In this document: one piece after another, positions 1-9,805 of the stretch
How positions within the stretch are numbered: the stretch's first letter is position 1
Layout: the number at the start of each line of letters is the position of its first letter
Assembly (NCBI GenBank): GCA_016840405.1
Contig: JAEOSK010000005.1
Location: 15,324-79,323 of the forward strand
Direction: 5' to 3'
DNA from: Candidatus Hermodarchaeum yapensis
Lineage (GTDB): Archaea > Asgardarchaeota > Hermodarchaeia > Hermodarchaeales > Hermodarchaeaceae
DNA length: 64,000 bases
Position numbers and translations under genes: made by a program
Notes under the pieces: generated by a model
The model's input: the letters and a program-made list of their open reading frames with translations, nothing else
Databases searched by the model: none
What the model was told of the DNA's origin: nothing

Positions 1-469
1 GTAGCTCACATCGTCCGAATTTCTCGCAGCAACGTTCATCAACAGGAACATTGGGTGGACACGGTTCACGACTGCAACCTTCCCGTTGTGCACAAGTCAA
101 ACATGCATGGGGGTGTGAGGCGAGTATTGACGAAAGCTTCTCCTGCCGGTGGGTAATAATTTCTGGCGTTTCAGTGAGAACAACCATTCCTTCCTCAACC
201 AGCGTATCACAAGCTTGTTGAATTCCCTCTCGTCCTTCAATTTGGACTGCACAGATGCCACACCCCTCATATTCCCTTTCCTGTCCAACATGCTTTATCT
301 CTTGATTACCCCGAAAGACATTCCCCGTAGTTTTGGTTCCCACTCCTGAGGGTAAATCTGGATGATAACATAAGCGAGGAATGTATACATCCAAAGATTC
401 GGCAGCGATTAGAATATTGGATCCCTTTTCTGCTTCGACTTTAATGCCATTTATCGTAAGTTTCACCAT
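1..469 (-). CDS. NuoG/FdhA-N-terminal-type 2Fe-2S plus 4Fe-4S iron-sulfur protein (C-terminal part lies outside the window)
   Basis: Not in the ORF track because it runs off the edge. My translation of the minus strand from the ATG at 469-467 gives MVKLTINGIKVEAEKGSNILIAAESLDVYIPRLCYHPDL...EGCGICAVQIEGREGIQQACDTLVEEGMVVLTETPEI...ILASHPHACLTCAQREGC with no stop down to base 1. The Cys spacing and the HP.C..C motif match the NuoG-like 2Fe-2S domain and the following cluster site. Confidence 0.6.
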   Translation of the reverse strand, partial: MVKLTINGIKVEAEKGSNILIAAESLDVYIPRLCYHPDLPSGVGTKTTGNVFRGNQEIKHVGQEREYEGCGICAVQIEGREGIQQACDTLVEEGMVVLTETPEIITHRQEKLSSILASHPHACLTCAQREGCSREPCPPNVPVDERCCEKFGRCEL

Positions 470-538
470 CAGGGGTTTCACCTTCCAATTGGCTCTCAAG
501 GAACGGGAAGGATGTGTTCAGTGGTAAGTGTATCGTAA

Positions 539-856
539 TTATAGGACTTGTCCTTTCGCTTCGCTCAGGAAATGAATGATAGCACGAGTAGGACAGGCAA
601 GAACACAAGGAGGTTCAACGTCCCCGCTAGTAGCTTTACACGGAGCACAACTGTATTTGAGTTTATGTCGATGCTCTTCCCGGACACCCATGATATCGCC
701 ATCTTCAATATCATACTCATTTGGAATTACTTCCAACACGGAAGCCGGGCAGACTTCAACACATTTCCCACATCCGTCACATTTGTCCGTGTCTAAAGTT
801 ATGAAATATTCCCCGGAACCATCTTTGTATCCGTAATTTGCTATCAACACCTTCAC
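539..856 (-). CDS. 2x[4Fe-4S]-type ferredoxin
   Basis: 105 aa with CDGCGKCVEVCP and C..C...PCVLACP motifs. Lies 15 nt downstream of the ATPase gene on the same strand. Confidence 0.7.
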   Translation of the reverse strand: MKVLIANYGYKDGSGEYFITLDTDKCDGCGKCVEVCPASVLEVIPNEYDIEDGDIMGVREEHRHKLKYSCAPCKATSGDVEPPCVLACPTRAIIHFLSEAKGQVL

Positions 857-871
857 CTAGATGATTTTCTT

Positions 872-1771
872 CTAACCTTTGGAGCGTTCATAGAGGACTT
901 TGGCAAACAGTGCAGCACCGGCAGCTCCCGCCAGCATCGGATCAAACCGCGGGTCATCACGCCATTGATCTGGTTTAAGCGCTCGGATTCTCAGTTCCTT
1001 TTCAACGCGCTTAACAATTCCAATGTTTTTAGCGATTCCTCCGGTAATCACGAACTCTTTCTCAACGCCAACTCGATTGAGCAGGTCTACTACACGATGG
1101 GCCATGGCCTGGCAGTAAGCGGCAAGCACCTCATCCTTTGACCAACCGCTTCGAAGGAGCCCCACCGCTTCTGATTTTGCAAAGACTACACAGGTACTAC
1201 TCACGGATTGCGGTTCTTCTTTTACTGCAAAGGATCGGTCTCCGACTTCTTGGATTGGAACTGATAAGAGGTCAGCAAAGACTTCCATGCCACGACCGGT
1301 TCCAGCTGCACACTTATCATTCATGAGGAAATTTTGGACCTTTCCTTTTTCATCAACACGAATGGCTTTGCAGTCTTGACCACCCATATCCAAGACCGTT
1401 CGAACGGTAGGTCCCCACATGAAGTTTGCTCCGCGTCCATGACAAGCAATCTCTGTTATCGCTTTTTGGGCAAAGGGAATATTGACTCGCCCATAACCGG
1501 TCCCAACAACATATTGAACGTCCTTGAGCGTAAGTCCGGTGTCTTCCAGAGCCCAATTCATCGTTCGCTCAGCACTATCAGGACTACTGGACCCGGTTCG
1601 CATAACACTCTGTGCAAAAACTTCGCCATCAACCATAATCACAGTCTTCGAACTCACCGACCCGATGTCGACCCCTCCACTAATCACCTTCCCATTTTTG
1701 GGGTCGATACCTTCCACTGTATGACGATATTCTGGCCATCTCCAAAATTCCTTCTTTGTCATTTTCATCAC
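872..1771 (-). CDS. BcrA/BadF/BzdQ-like ATPase subunit (BcrAD_BadFG family)
   Basis: 299 aa with GVDIGSVSSK, DMGGQD and CAAGTGRGMEV motifs of the acetate/sugar-kinase-fold activator ATPases. Overlaps the upstream gene by 4 nt. Confidence 0.8.
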   Translation of the reverse strand: MMKMTKKEFWRWPEYRHTVEGIDPKNGKVISGGVDIGSVSSKTVIMVDGEVFAQSVMRTGSSSPDSAERTMNWALEDTGLTLKDVQYVVGTGYGRVNIPFAQKAITEIACHGRGANFMWGPTVRTVLDMGGQDCKAIRVDEKGKVQNFLMNDKCAAGTGRGMEVFADLLSVPIQEVGDRSFAVKEEPQSVSSTCVVFAKSEAVGLLRSGWSKDEVLAAYCQAMAHRVVDLLNRVGVEKEFVITGGIAKNIGIVKRVEKELRIRALKPDQWRDDPRFDPMLAGAAGAALFAKVLYERSKG

Positions 1772-2544
1772 TCCTTAGCCCTTTCTTGGGCTACCAAGGC
1801 AGCACCATAAGCACTCACATATTCAGGAAGCTCAGGCACGTGAACCTCCACACCTAATCCACGTTTCATCGAATCGACATATCCAACATCATAAGCTAAT
1901 CCTCCAACCAAGAGAACATCTTCCGTGATCCCCAACCTTCGAACCATTGATATCACTCGTTCAGCAATAGCGTCGTGTATTGCACGGGCGATGTTCGCTT
2001 TTGGTGTCTGAGCATGAATTAATGACACTACCTCTGATTCAGCAAAAACAGTACATTGAGCGTTCATAGGAACTGCTTCAGTAGCTTTCAATGACATAGG
2101 ACCCATTTGCCCTAGTTCGACTTCGAGTGCACGAGCCATGGCTTCAACAAATGCGCCTGCCCCAGCAGCACACCGTTCATTAACGACAAAATCTTCCATA
2201 CTTCCTGATTCATCACATTTGACAGCACGAGCTTCCTCAGCACCCACATCAATGATAGTCCTAGCGGAAGGTAATAACTTGACTCCAGCTTTTGCATTCG
2301 CTCCTACTTCGCTGACGCTATCCGCTGCAAACGCTACTGACCCTTGACCAATTCCGGTTTCTGTGATGTGTGTAATTTCATCGAGCTTCAATCCCGCTGC
2401 TTTTAGAGCCATCTCAGAAGCATCTTTAACTGCAATTTTAAGATCAAATCCTGTCAGGGCAGAGCCTCGGGCAACTATTTTTTCATCATCGAGGATGACA
2501 ACCTTTACATTCTTAGCGCCAAAGTCTATTCCTGCAGTAATCAA
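1768..2544 (-). CDS. BcrD/BadG/BzdP-like ATPase subunit (second, distinct BcrAD_BadFG paralogue)
   Basis: 258 aa with GIDFGAKNVKVV, DVGAEE and RCAAGAGAFVE motifs. Clearly diverged from the neighbouring ATPase. Confidence 0.8.
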   Translation of the reverse strand: MITAGIDFGAKNVKVVILDDEKIVARGSALTGFDLKIAVKDASEMALKAAGLKLDEITHITETGIGQGSVAFAADSVSEVGANAKAGVKLLPSARTIIDVGAEEARAVKCDESGSMEDFVVNERCAAGAGAFVEAMARALEVELGQMGPMSLKATEAVPMNAQCTVFAESEVVSLIHAQTPKANIARAIHDAIAERVISMVRRLGITEDVLLVGGLAYDVGYVDSMKRGLGVEVHVPELPEYVSAYGAALVAQERAKE

Positions 2545-2557
2545 ATTTATTTACCTC

Positions 2558-3865
2558 CTATTTTACCCCCAACAATTCCAAGAAGGAATCTACCGCCTTC
2601 TTTGTACGTTCTAAGTCGAACTCTCGTTCATCACCCATATTCCCTTCAAAAGGAAGGACGGGGATACCAGCATCTTTGAAAGCTAGACGGTTTTCCGCGA
2701 TATTAAGCGACAACCCTTCACATCCCCGATTATAATGGAGCATAACGCCATCAACTTTCCATTCCCGCACAATGCGAAGCATCATATCACTTTTCTTCTG
2801 AGCGGAATAGAAATGCTGCCATTCAGGTCGAGCATGTGTCCAATCAGCTAAGACTTCCAGTGCCTGCTTTCGGGTAGTAATATCGATACCTTGCTCTTGA
2901 GGAGTTGTTCTTGGACCCCAAGTTCCATCGTCTTTAACTTCCCACGCCCCAATTAGTGAAAATGTATAAAGAGAGCCAACAGACACCACACCAAATGTTT
3001 CGAGATACCGGAAAATCTCGAGAAACCCCCAAGGGGGTTGAGTATCAGTAATGACTCGACGTTGTTCATTACCCACTGCTGCGATTTTGTTATCAACTCG
3101 CTCTTGAACTTCGTCACGAAGTTTTCGATAGAAATCAACAATCTCAGGACGATGTTTTATGATGGTTCCAAACACATAGAGCGAATACATCGTCTTTTCA
3201 TCAAGTGGTGCAGGAATAGTCCTATTCAAAGCACAGATTTCCGCCCACAGAGACGTGGCTTCACATTCGTTATAGACAGCTTGGATTAGTTTTTGATCAT
3301 CATAGTCTCGGCCTGTTGTTTGCTCGAGCCAATCGATGCCATCTAGCAGTTGATTGACCACGTATTCTCGACGGCGCTCGTTGAAATCCTCAATGAGTCC
3401 TGTACTCACGTCAATACAGAAGTAAGGCACACCACCTTCCAAGTCGCTAGCGATTTGGTACCATTTCGCATGACTACAACAAATGTGAGTTGTCCACATG
3501 AAATCTGGTTTGGGAAACTTGCCACCAAACACGTATTCGTCTAACACAACTGAACCAAGATAATTTCGTAAATATGCACATAAATCTCGGGCAAATCCTT
3601 TTGCTTCAATAGCTTCCTGGCATCTCGCTGCAAATTCCTTGTTGAACGCGACTGAAGCCCCATACGGCTCCCCGGTTAGACTCCACACATCGTCACCTAG
3701 ACCCGCAGGAACCGCACTATAAGCCCAAGCACCGCCTGCCCACCGGATTCCCCCCTTCTCATGGGCTTTAGCATAATTCTCATAATATTGCTGCCGTAAC
3801 GCCTTCCCTTCATTCCAGATATCCAAAGGTTTCGTTTGATACTTCATCTCAGTCATTTTAATCAC
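2558..3865 (-). CDS. Benzoyl-CoA reductase B / 2-hydroxyacyl-CoA dehydratase alpha-like subunit (BcrB/BadE/BzdO/HgdA family)
   Basis: 435 aa. Family assigned from overall resemblance and Cys motifs (ICCSHAKWY, HYNRGCEG). Abuts the upstream gene with no gap. Confidence 0.7.
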   Translation of the reverse strand: MIKMTEMKYQTKPLDIWNEGKALRQQYYENYAKAHEKGGIRWAGGAWAYSAVPAGLGDDVWSLTGEPYGASVAFNKEFAARCQEAIEAKGFARDLCAYLRNYLGSVVLDEYVFGGKFPKPDFMWTTHICCSHAKWYQIASDLEGGVPYFCIDVSTGLIEDFNERRREYVVNQLLDGIDWLEQTTGRDYDDQKLIQAVYNECEATSLWAEICALNRTIPAPLDEKTMYSLYVFGTIIKHRPEIVDFYRKLRDEVQERVDNKIAAVGNEQRRVITDTQPPWGFLEIFRYLETFGVVSVGSLYTFSLIGAWEVKDDGTWGPRTTPQEQGIDITTRKQALEVLADWTHARPEWQHFYSAQKKSDMMLRIVREWKVDGVMLHYNRGCEGLSLNIAENRLAFKDAGIPVLPFEGNMGDEREFDLERTKKAVDSFLELLGVK

Positions 3866-5014
3866 CTAAAACAGGTCGGGTAATGCAAAGGTTTCCAGAA
3901 ACGCTTCAACACGGGTTTTAAATTGCCCAATTGGGACTGTCACATCAAACTCTAAGAAATAAGTGGGAATGCCATTCTCTTCAAGCATTTGCCTCAAAGC
4001 AGGCATGTCCAATTCATGTGGATCACAGAATTTCTGTTGGATAACTAAGGCTCCCTCGACGTTGTAATCTTTTGCCAGTTGTAAAATATGGGGGAACCGT
4101 TTTCGCTCTGGCCAATCTTTACTGGGACAAGGAGGTCGATCGATATACCGGGCAGCAATTGCCGCCAATCGATCTTTTTGGGGTTCAACTTCGTTCCAGA
4201 AGTAGCGGGTGCCCGTACAATGTTCATCAACGACTAGCGTTGAATCCAATGACTCCACCATTTCAACGAATTCTGTGTCATCATCTTCACTCCCAATGAT
4301 CATTAACCGAGTTCCGGTATTTCTGTCAAGTTTCCGGTTGGGAAGTTCTTTGAGCACGGCTTCAAGTGCTTGATTATGTTCCTCCTTCTCGACCATTTGA
4401 CTCGAAACAACCATGTACATCGCCTCTAACCCTGTTAGTGGAGGATTGTCTTGTTTCCGAAACTCATACACTTGTTTCATCAATTGGCGATTCTTGTTCA
4501 TCACTTCAATGCCCCGATCTATGTCTTTATCCGAGATGGAGCGTCCAATCCATTTTTCCAACGCCTTCTTGAACACTTCGAGTTCGCCGCGTAAATAGGG
4601 ATAGGCATGTGGGGTTTGGACTCCATGGGGCATATACATGTAATAGCTGAATTCTTGTGGAATATGTTTTACCCAGCTATTGTAGGTTTGGCGGATATGG
4701 AGACACGATTGGGAAATCATGATGCCGTTGAGATAATCGAAGCGACCTTTCAACCCTTGAGCGAGACAGTCACGGCAAAAGGGACAAAACATCCCAAAGA
4801 TGTGAGGTTCAGTAACGTCCTGTGCTTCGTGGCTTCCAAGGATTCGAAGGGGAAGAATATCTGCAGCGATAAGGAGTTCTTCAGGGACATAAGTGCAAAA
4901 GTAGCCGAGAACTTTTCCGCCGGTTTGCTTTTTCCAAGCTTGAGCATAGTCGTGGCGGTTTTCATACCATTCTTTGAATTTATCAAACATAGAGATCTTC
5001 CTTCCCTGAAACAC
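3866..5014 (-). CDS. Benzoyl-CoA reductase C / 2-hydroxyacyl-CoA dehydratase beta-like subunit (BcrC/BadD/BzdN/HgdB family)
   Basis: 382 aa. N-terminal GYFCTYVPEELLIAADILP and C-terminal QKFCDPH are typical of the HgdB/BcrC family. First gene of the operon. Confidence 0.7.
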   Translation of the reverse strand: MFQGRKISMFDKFKEWYENRHDYAQAWKKQTGGKVLGYFCTYVPEELLIAADILPLRILGSHEAQDVTEPHIFGMFCPFCRDCLAQGLKGRFDYLNGIMISQSCLHIRQTYNSWVKHIPQEFSYYMYMPHGVQTPHAYPYLRGELEVFKKALEKWIGRSISDKDIDRGIEVMNKNRQLMKQVYEFRKQDNPPLTGLEAMYMVVSSQMVEKEEHNQALEAVLKELPNRKLDRNTGTRLMIIGSEDDDTEFVEMVESLDSTLVVDEHCTGTRYFWNEVEPQKDRLAAIAARYIDRPPCPSKDWPERKRFPHILQLAKDYNVEGALVIQQKFCDPHELDMPALRQMLEENGIPTYFLEFDVTVPIGQFKTRVEAFLETFALPDLF

Positions 5015-5161
5015 ACTATGAAGGGAGTGTTTACTTCGAGCAGTACGAGGATGAAATTCCTTAAGAGTTTTTGCAAAACTGTTTTATAATGATGGTTCAA
5101 TATTCAATGTTAATTAAAGAGATTTGGATATCTATGCACAGAGAAAAACGGAGTTCATCAC

Positions 5162-5497
5162 ATGACCAATTGGCATACCGATAGGATTCGAAACTTGCTT
5201 TCAGCAATCACCCACCCATCTCGAGTAGCAATACTAGAATTCCTGTCCGATCGTGATTTCGGTACGAATAAATCATTACGGCAACATCTCAAATCAATAC
5301 AACCTCAAACTGGAGGAAATTCACCAGCCGTAGTAACCCACCATGTCTCCTTGCTAGAAAAAAACGGGCTAGTCAAACATTCAGAGGAAGATGCACGGGT
5401 GATTGTTGCTACAGTCATGGGACGCAGAATAACACGTATGCTACGGCAAATGGTTTCAGATTCTGACCTGGATGAATCCTGGGACCGTTCCCTCTAG
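5162..5497 (+). CDS. ArsR-type winged-helix transcriptional regulator
   Basis: 111 aa. ILEFLSDRD...SLRQHL...VTHHVSLLEKNGLVKH reads as a helix-turn-helix plus wing pattern. Divergent from the reductase operon. Confidence 0.6.
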   Translation: MTNWHTDRIRNLLSAITHPSRVAILEFLSDRDFGTNKSLRQHLKSIQPQTGGNSPAVVTHHVSLLEKNGLVKHSEEDARVIVATVMGRRITRMLRQMVSDSDLDESWDRSL

Positions 5498-6171
5498 AGG
5501 TTGAAACCTTGTTCTCGGAGAACTTGCGTAAGATTCTTTCCTTGGTCACGAGCGCGTTGTAAGAAAAATCGAAGATAACGATCAAAGAAGGGATTGCTGC
5601 CCTTAGCGGCGAGAGGGATTCCGAGCACCAAATCGCCTCGTATTAGATCTAGTCTTTGAGCCGCCATCCCGACGGACCACATCATTCGATTATCAATGAA
5701 GTGTTGAGCAGCAACAGTTGTTGCAGAGGAGAGAGCAATACCTAGGTCCAGAATTTTGAAAGCACAAAGTGCTGTGGTTTTGTTTTGACGAATGGCTTCT
5801 TCGTAATCAGCGCAGGTTTCGAAGCCACAGGCATGACAATCGAGGGCAAGCGGAGGGCGTTTGGCTCGAATTCCAACAAGGAAAATTGCAGTACTATCTT
5901 TTACGGCTTCAGCGTCGGGTTCTAAAAACCAGAAGGTTTGGTTGGTAAGGTCTTCATGTCGCATTCTTTGGATTTCTTTAGCAATTTGCTTAATCGTTTT
6001 TCCTGAGACAATTTCAATGGTAAGATCATCGAAGCCTTTGGATTTCGGTGCGGTTGTTGCTGCAGCGGCCATTAAATTCGCAACGTGTTTCACGGCTGCG
6101 TCGGTGTGCTTCTGTCTTTTTGTTGGTATTTCATTCACCTTTTTCCTAGAATTTTTCCGCCTAACTGACAA
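5494..6171 (-). CDS. DUF2148/COG4739-like ferredoxin-domain protein (tentative)
   Basis: 225 aa with CHACGFETCADYEE and LDLGIALSSA segments that I associate with DUF2148. Recalled from memory only. Confidence 0.4.
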   Translation of the reverse strand: MSVRRKNSRKKVNEIPTKRQKHTDAAVKHVANLMAAAATTAPKSKGFDDLTIEIVSGKTIKQIAKEIQRMRHEDLTNQTFWFLEPDAEAVKDSTAIFLVGIRAKRPPLALDCHACGFETCADYEEAIRQNKTTALCAFKILDLGIALSSATTVAAQHFIDNRMMWSVGMAAQRLDLIRGDLVLGIPLAAKGSNPFFDRYLRFFLQRARDQGKNLTQVLREQGFNL

Positions 6172-6183
6172 TTTTTTGTGGGG

Positions 6184-7473
6184 TTACTTCTTGGGTTTTT
6201 TACCCGTAACAGCGTTTACGATATTCCAGAATTCGTCTTCTTTCAGACCTAAACGGGTTTCTCGAAGAAGTTCTGCAGCACTTTGTAATTGACGAAGCAT
6301 TTCAACTTTATCTCTGAGTTTGTGCGTCTCTTTCACTTGTAATACAATTTGCTTGATTTGTTCATCGGTGGCCTCGATGTTTTCTTGTTCGAGTTTTGTT
6401 TTCACGATTTGACTTCCGGTGTGTTTTCCCATGTAGAATTCAGTTTTACGCCCTACAGTTTCAGCAGGGATGGGTTCGTATGTTAGCCGATGGGAGAGGA
6501 TGCCATGAACATGGATGCCTGCTTCATGTGAAAAGGCATTTTCTCCTGTGATAGCTTTGTGTACTGGAAGGAGGATGGCAAAAGATTGACTCACTAAATC
6601 AGCAAGTTCTTGAATTCTTTCAGTTTTGATCCCTGTTCGAACATCATACAGGAACTCTAGTGCCATGACTACTTCTTCGAGAGGTGCATTACCTGCACGT
6701 TCTCCAAATCCCGCGACACACACGTGGGGAACCGTGACGCCTTCTTCGATTGCAGCTAGTGTAGTGGCGGTGGCTAATCCAAAGTCATTGTGATTATGAA
6801 TCGACAGGGGCACTTTCTTTTTGACCTCGTCGTGAAGACGGTCTCGGATTTGAGAGACTAAATATCGCATTGATTCAGGTCTCAAGAAGCCCACGGTATC
6901 TGTAATTACGACTCGATCAGCACCAGCTTCAATTGCTGTTTTGAAAATCTTCACGGTGTTCTCAATGCTAGTGCGAGAAGTGTCTTCGGTGACGAAATCA
7001 ACAATGACTCCATGCTTCTTTGCATATTCAACACAGTCGGTTACGATGGCGAGAGCTTCTTCGGGGGTTTTCTTTAGCTTGAACTTCAGGTGAAGATTGC
7101 TGAATGCAATGAAGATGGGGACTTCTTCTGCTCCAGATTGGATGGCAACATCAATGTCCGATTTGATGGCGCGAGCTGGAGCACATATCTTAGCTTGTTT
7201 GAAACCCTCAGCAGCAATTCGTCGAACGACTTCTTGTTCATCTTTTGAAACTGCAGGAAAACCGACGTTGATAATGGCAATACCCATTTCATCCATTATC
7301 TTGGCGATTTGGATTTTTTCGTCAATTAATAGACTAGTTCCAGGAGTTTGTTCGCCATCGCGGAGGGTTTCATCCCAGATAAGAACTTCTTTGGGCAGAT
7401 GCTTGGGTTTGGTTTGTGGAACTTTGTTGAAGTTCACAATTAAGCCATCTGCTTCTAATTCGTCAAGCAGCAT
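6184..7473 (-). CDS. Homocitrate / 2-isopropylmalate / citramalate synthase family enzyme (HMGL-like)
   Basis: 429 aa with LRDGEQTPG, HNHNDFGLATA and GERAGNAPLEE motifs. Confidence 0.8.
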   Translation of the reverse strand: MLLDELEADGLIVNFNKVPQTKPKHLPKEVLIWDETLRDGEQTPGTSLLIDEKIQIAKIMDEMGIAIINVGFPAVSKDEQEVVRRIAAEGFKQAKICAPARAIKSDIDVAIQSGAEEVPIFIAFSNLHLKFKLKKTPEEALAIVTDCVEYAKKHGVIVDFVTEDTSRTSIENTVKIFKTAIEAGADRVVITDTVGFLRPESMRYLVSQIRDRLHDEVKKKVPLSIHNHNDFGLATATTLAAIEEGVTVPHVCVAGFGERAGNAPLEEVVMALEFLYDVRTGIKTERIQELADLVSQSFAILLPVHKAITGENAFSHEAGIHVHGILSHRLTYEPIPAETVGRKTEFYMGKHTGSQIVKTKLEQENIEATDEQIKQIVLQVKETHKLRDKVEMLRQLQSAAELLRETRLGLKEDEFWNIVNAVTGKKPKK

Positions 7474-7578
7474 TGTTCTCAGGCAACCTGATTAATCAAT
7501 ATTGATAGTATAGACTTAAGTCTCTTTCTTGTGTATAGTGCAGGCATTAACGAATACGGACTTGGAAGGAGAAAAATC

Positions 7579-8355
7579 ATGACTCCGGGATATTCAAACA
7601 TCAAGGTTGAAATTTCTGATGGGGTCGGAACCATTTTGGTGAACCGACCACCCTTGAATATTCTTGATCAACAAACACTTACAGAGCTTCAAAAGGCATT
7701 TCAAGAGATGAAGACCCACTCTGATGCTAATCTCATTCTTTTAAAAACAGCTGGCGACCGTTTCTTTTCAGTTGGGGTTGATGTAGAACAACACCTCCCG
7801 AAACATGCACCTAAGACGTTAAAGGCGTTCAATAATGTCTTTGAAACACTCATAGATGTTGATAAACCCGTCATCGCCGTGGTTCAAGGAGCTGCATTGG
7901 GTGGAGGATGTGAGCTAGCCTTCGCTTGTGATGTGGTCATTGCAGCAGATTCAGCAAAGTTTGGTCAACCAGAAATCCAAGTTGGTGCAGTGCCAACAGT
8001 TGCAGCAGCTGCAATGCATCATCTCATTGGTCAAAAACGAACCTTTGAGCTGCTTTATACTGGCGATAGTATTTCGGCTGAAGAGGCTGTGAAGATTGGG
8101 CTTATCAACCATGCTGTACCTGCTGACCAGCTAGATTCCACCGTTAACGAATTAGTTTCAAAACTCAAAGAACACAGCCCGATTATGCTCAGCTACGTTC
8201 GACGCGCTATTTACGAGAGTATGCACCTTGACTTCATGCAGGCAGTCGAAAAATCCACCGAAATTTACCTAGATTCGTTAAAGAACACAGAGGATGCTTC
8301 AGAGGGACTCAAAGCGTTCTTAGAAAAGCGGAAACCAGAATGGAAAGGAAAATAG
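7579..8355 (+). CDS. Enoyl-CoA hydratase/isomerase (crotonase family)
   Basis: The track ORF starts at a GTG at 7531. I prefer the ATG at 7579 because GGAAGGAG lies 7 nt upstream. VNRPPLNILD, FFSVGVDV and GAALGGGCELAFACD are crotonase motifs. Confidence 0.85.
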   Translation: MTPGYSNIKVEISDGVGTILVNRPPLNILDQQTLTELQKAFQEMKTHSDANLILLKTAGDRFFSVGVDVEQHLPKHAPKTLKAFNNVFETLIDVDKPVIAVVQGAALGGGCELAFACDVVIAADSAKFGQPEIQVGAVPTVAAAAMHHLIGQKRTFELLYTGDSISAEEAVKIGLINHAVPADQLDSTVNELVSKLKEHSPIMLSYVRRAIYESMHLDFMQAVEKSTEIYLDSLKNTEDASEGLKAFLEKRKPEWKGK

Positions 8356-8370
8356 ATTCGGGTGGGTGGC

Positions 8371-9402
8371 CTAGGGGATAACGATAATCCGACCCAGAAC
8401 CTTTCCTTCTTCAAGGAGTTTGAAAGCCTCATTAATTTCTTCTAGCGGACGTTTACTATCAATTATTGGTTCAATCTGAATGATACCTTGCTCCACCATT
8501 CGCAGTAGTGGAGGATAGTCAACTGGACGACAGCCAAGAGACCCACGAATTTCTACTTCTCGGTACATAATTCGTGAAGCCGAAACGGTCCAATCGGATT
8601 CAGCATAGCCAACTACAACCATCCGACCACCCCATTTCACAACGGCTAATGCTTGACTCATAACGTCAGGAATTCCAATGGCTTCAAAGGAGATATCGAC
8701 ACCGCGCTTGTTTGTCATGGCCCGAATCTGTTTGACAGGGTTTTCATCTTTTGAGTTAATAGTGAAGGTTGCACCGAGTTTTTTCGCTAATTTCAGTTTC
8801 GTATCATCGATATCGATGGCATAAACGATGCCACCTGCTGCTGCAGCGATTTGAACCACATTGATACCAACACCACCACATCCAAACACAGCTACTAAAT
8901 CTCCTGGTCGAACTTCTCCCCGGTTCTTCACTGCATGGTAGGGTGTTGAAATTGCATCAGCTACGATGCTCGTTTCTTCCAATGGTAATGAATCAGGAAT
9001 TCGTAATACATCCTTAACCGGTACACGGATGTATTCAGCGTAGGCGCCATCAATGTTGTTTCCCACCATTTCTTGTCGTTGACATACGTTTTCGCGACCC
9101 AACCGACAGTTATCACAATATCCACAGGTCAGAACAGCAGGAATTAAAACGCGATCTCCCTTGGCCCAATTTTCTACAGCTGAACCCATTTCAGTAATTG
9201 TACCAGAAGCCTCATGTCCAAGGATCAACGGGGGTTTTTTGAAAGTGGGAGTTCCATGCAGATAATGCAAGTCGGTTCTGCACACACCACATGCTGCCAC
9301 TTTAATCAGAACGTCTTCAGGTCCAACTTCTGGTGTCGGAACATCTTCGATTTTGAGGGGTTTTCCGGCTTCATAAAACACTGCGGCTTTCATTGTGAGC
9401 AC
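8371..9402 (-). CDS. Zinc-dependent alcohol dehydrogenase (MDR family)
   Basis: 343 aa with CGVCRTDLH, GHEASG, the structural-zinc C..C..C motif and the GCGGVG Rossmann motif. Confidence 0.85.
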   Translation of the reverse strand: MLTMKAAVFYEAGKPLKIEDVPTPEVGPEDVLIKVAACGVCRTDLHYLHGTPTFKKPPLILGHEASGTITEMGSAVENWAKGDRVLIPAVLTCGYCDNCRLGRENVCQRQEMVGNNIDGAYAEYIRVPVKDVLRIPDSLPLEETSIVADAISTPYHAVKNRGEVRPGDLVAVFGCGGVGINVVQIAAAAGGIVYAIDIDDTKLKLAKKLGATFTINSKDENPVKQIRAMTNKRGVDISFEAIGIPDVMSQALAVVKWGGRMVVVGYAESDWTVSASRIMYREVEIRGSLGCRPVDYPPLLRMVEQGIIQIEPIIDSKRPLEEINEAFKLLEEGKVLGRIIVIP

Positions 9403-9508
9403 CGAGGCGCATATCTGACTTTGAACCTTATATCCTTTAGGAAGCTGGGAGAACTGGAGGAAAGTAAAGATTTTTGATTTCTGTTGATGGAGGTTGTGGA
9501 GAGAATCG

Positions 9509-9805
9509 ATGAAAAAAGCGACTTATGGTGTTACTATTCGTTTGGTTGGTGTATTGAAGATTACAACAGGAATCGAAAAAGTACACCTAGACCTAGAAGG
9601 TAACGATACTATCGGGACCGTTCTTACACGGTTAGTTGGAGTGCATCCAGTGCTAGGTCAAGAACTGTTCAACAAGTCTGGCGAGATCCACAAGTATCTC
9701 AACATTTTTGTTGACAACCAACCTGTTCTTCAGGAAAATCTTAATGATATCCCGATTCAGCATTCTACGACATTAACGCTAGTGATGGCAGTTGGCGGTG
9801 GATAA
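9509..9805 (+). CDS. MoaD/ThiS-family ubiquitin-like beta-grasp protein ending in GGG
   Basis: About 98 aa from the ATG at 9509 (the track uses an alternative start at 9494). Its length and C-terminal ...LVMAVGGG-stop fit MoaD/ThiS/SAMP-type proteins. The stop overlaps the AOR start. Confidence 0.55.
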   Translation: MKKATYGVTIRLVGVLKITTGIEKVHLDLEGNDTIGTVLTRLVGVHPVLGQELFNKSGEIHKYLNIFVDNQPVLQENLNDIPIQHSTTLTLVMAVGGG

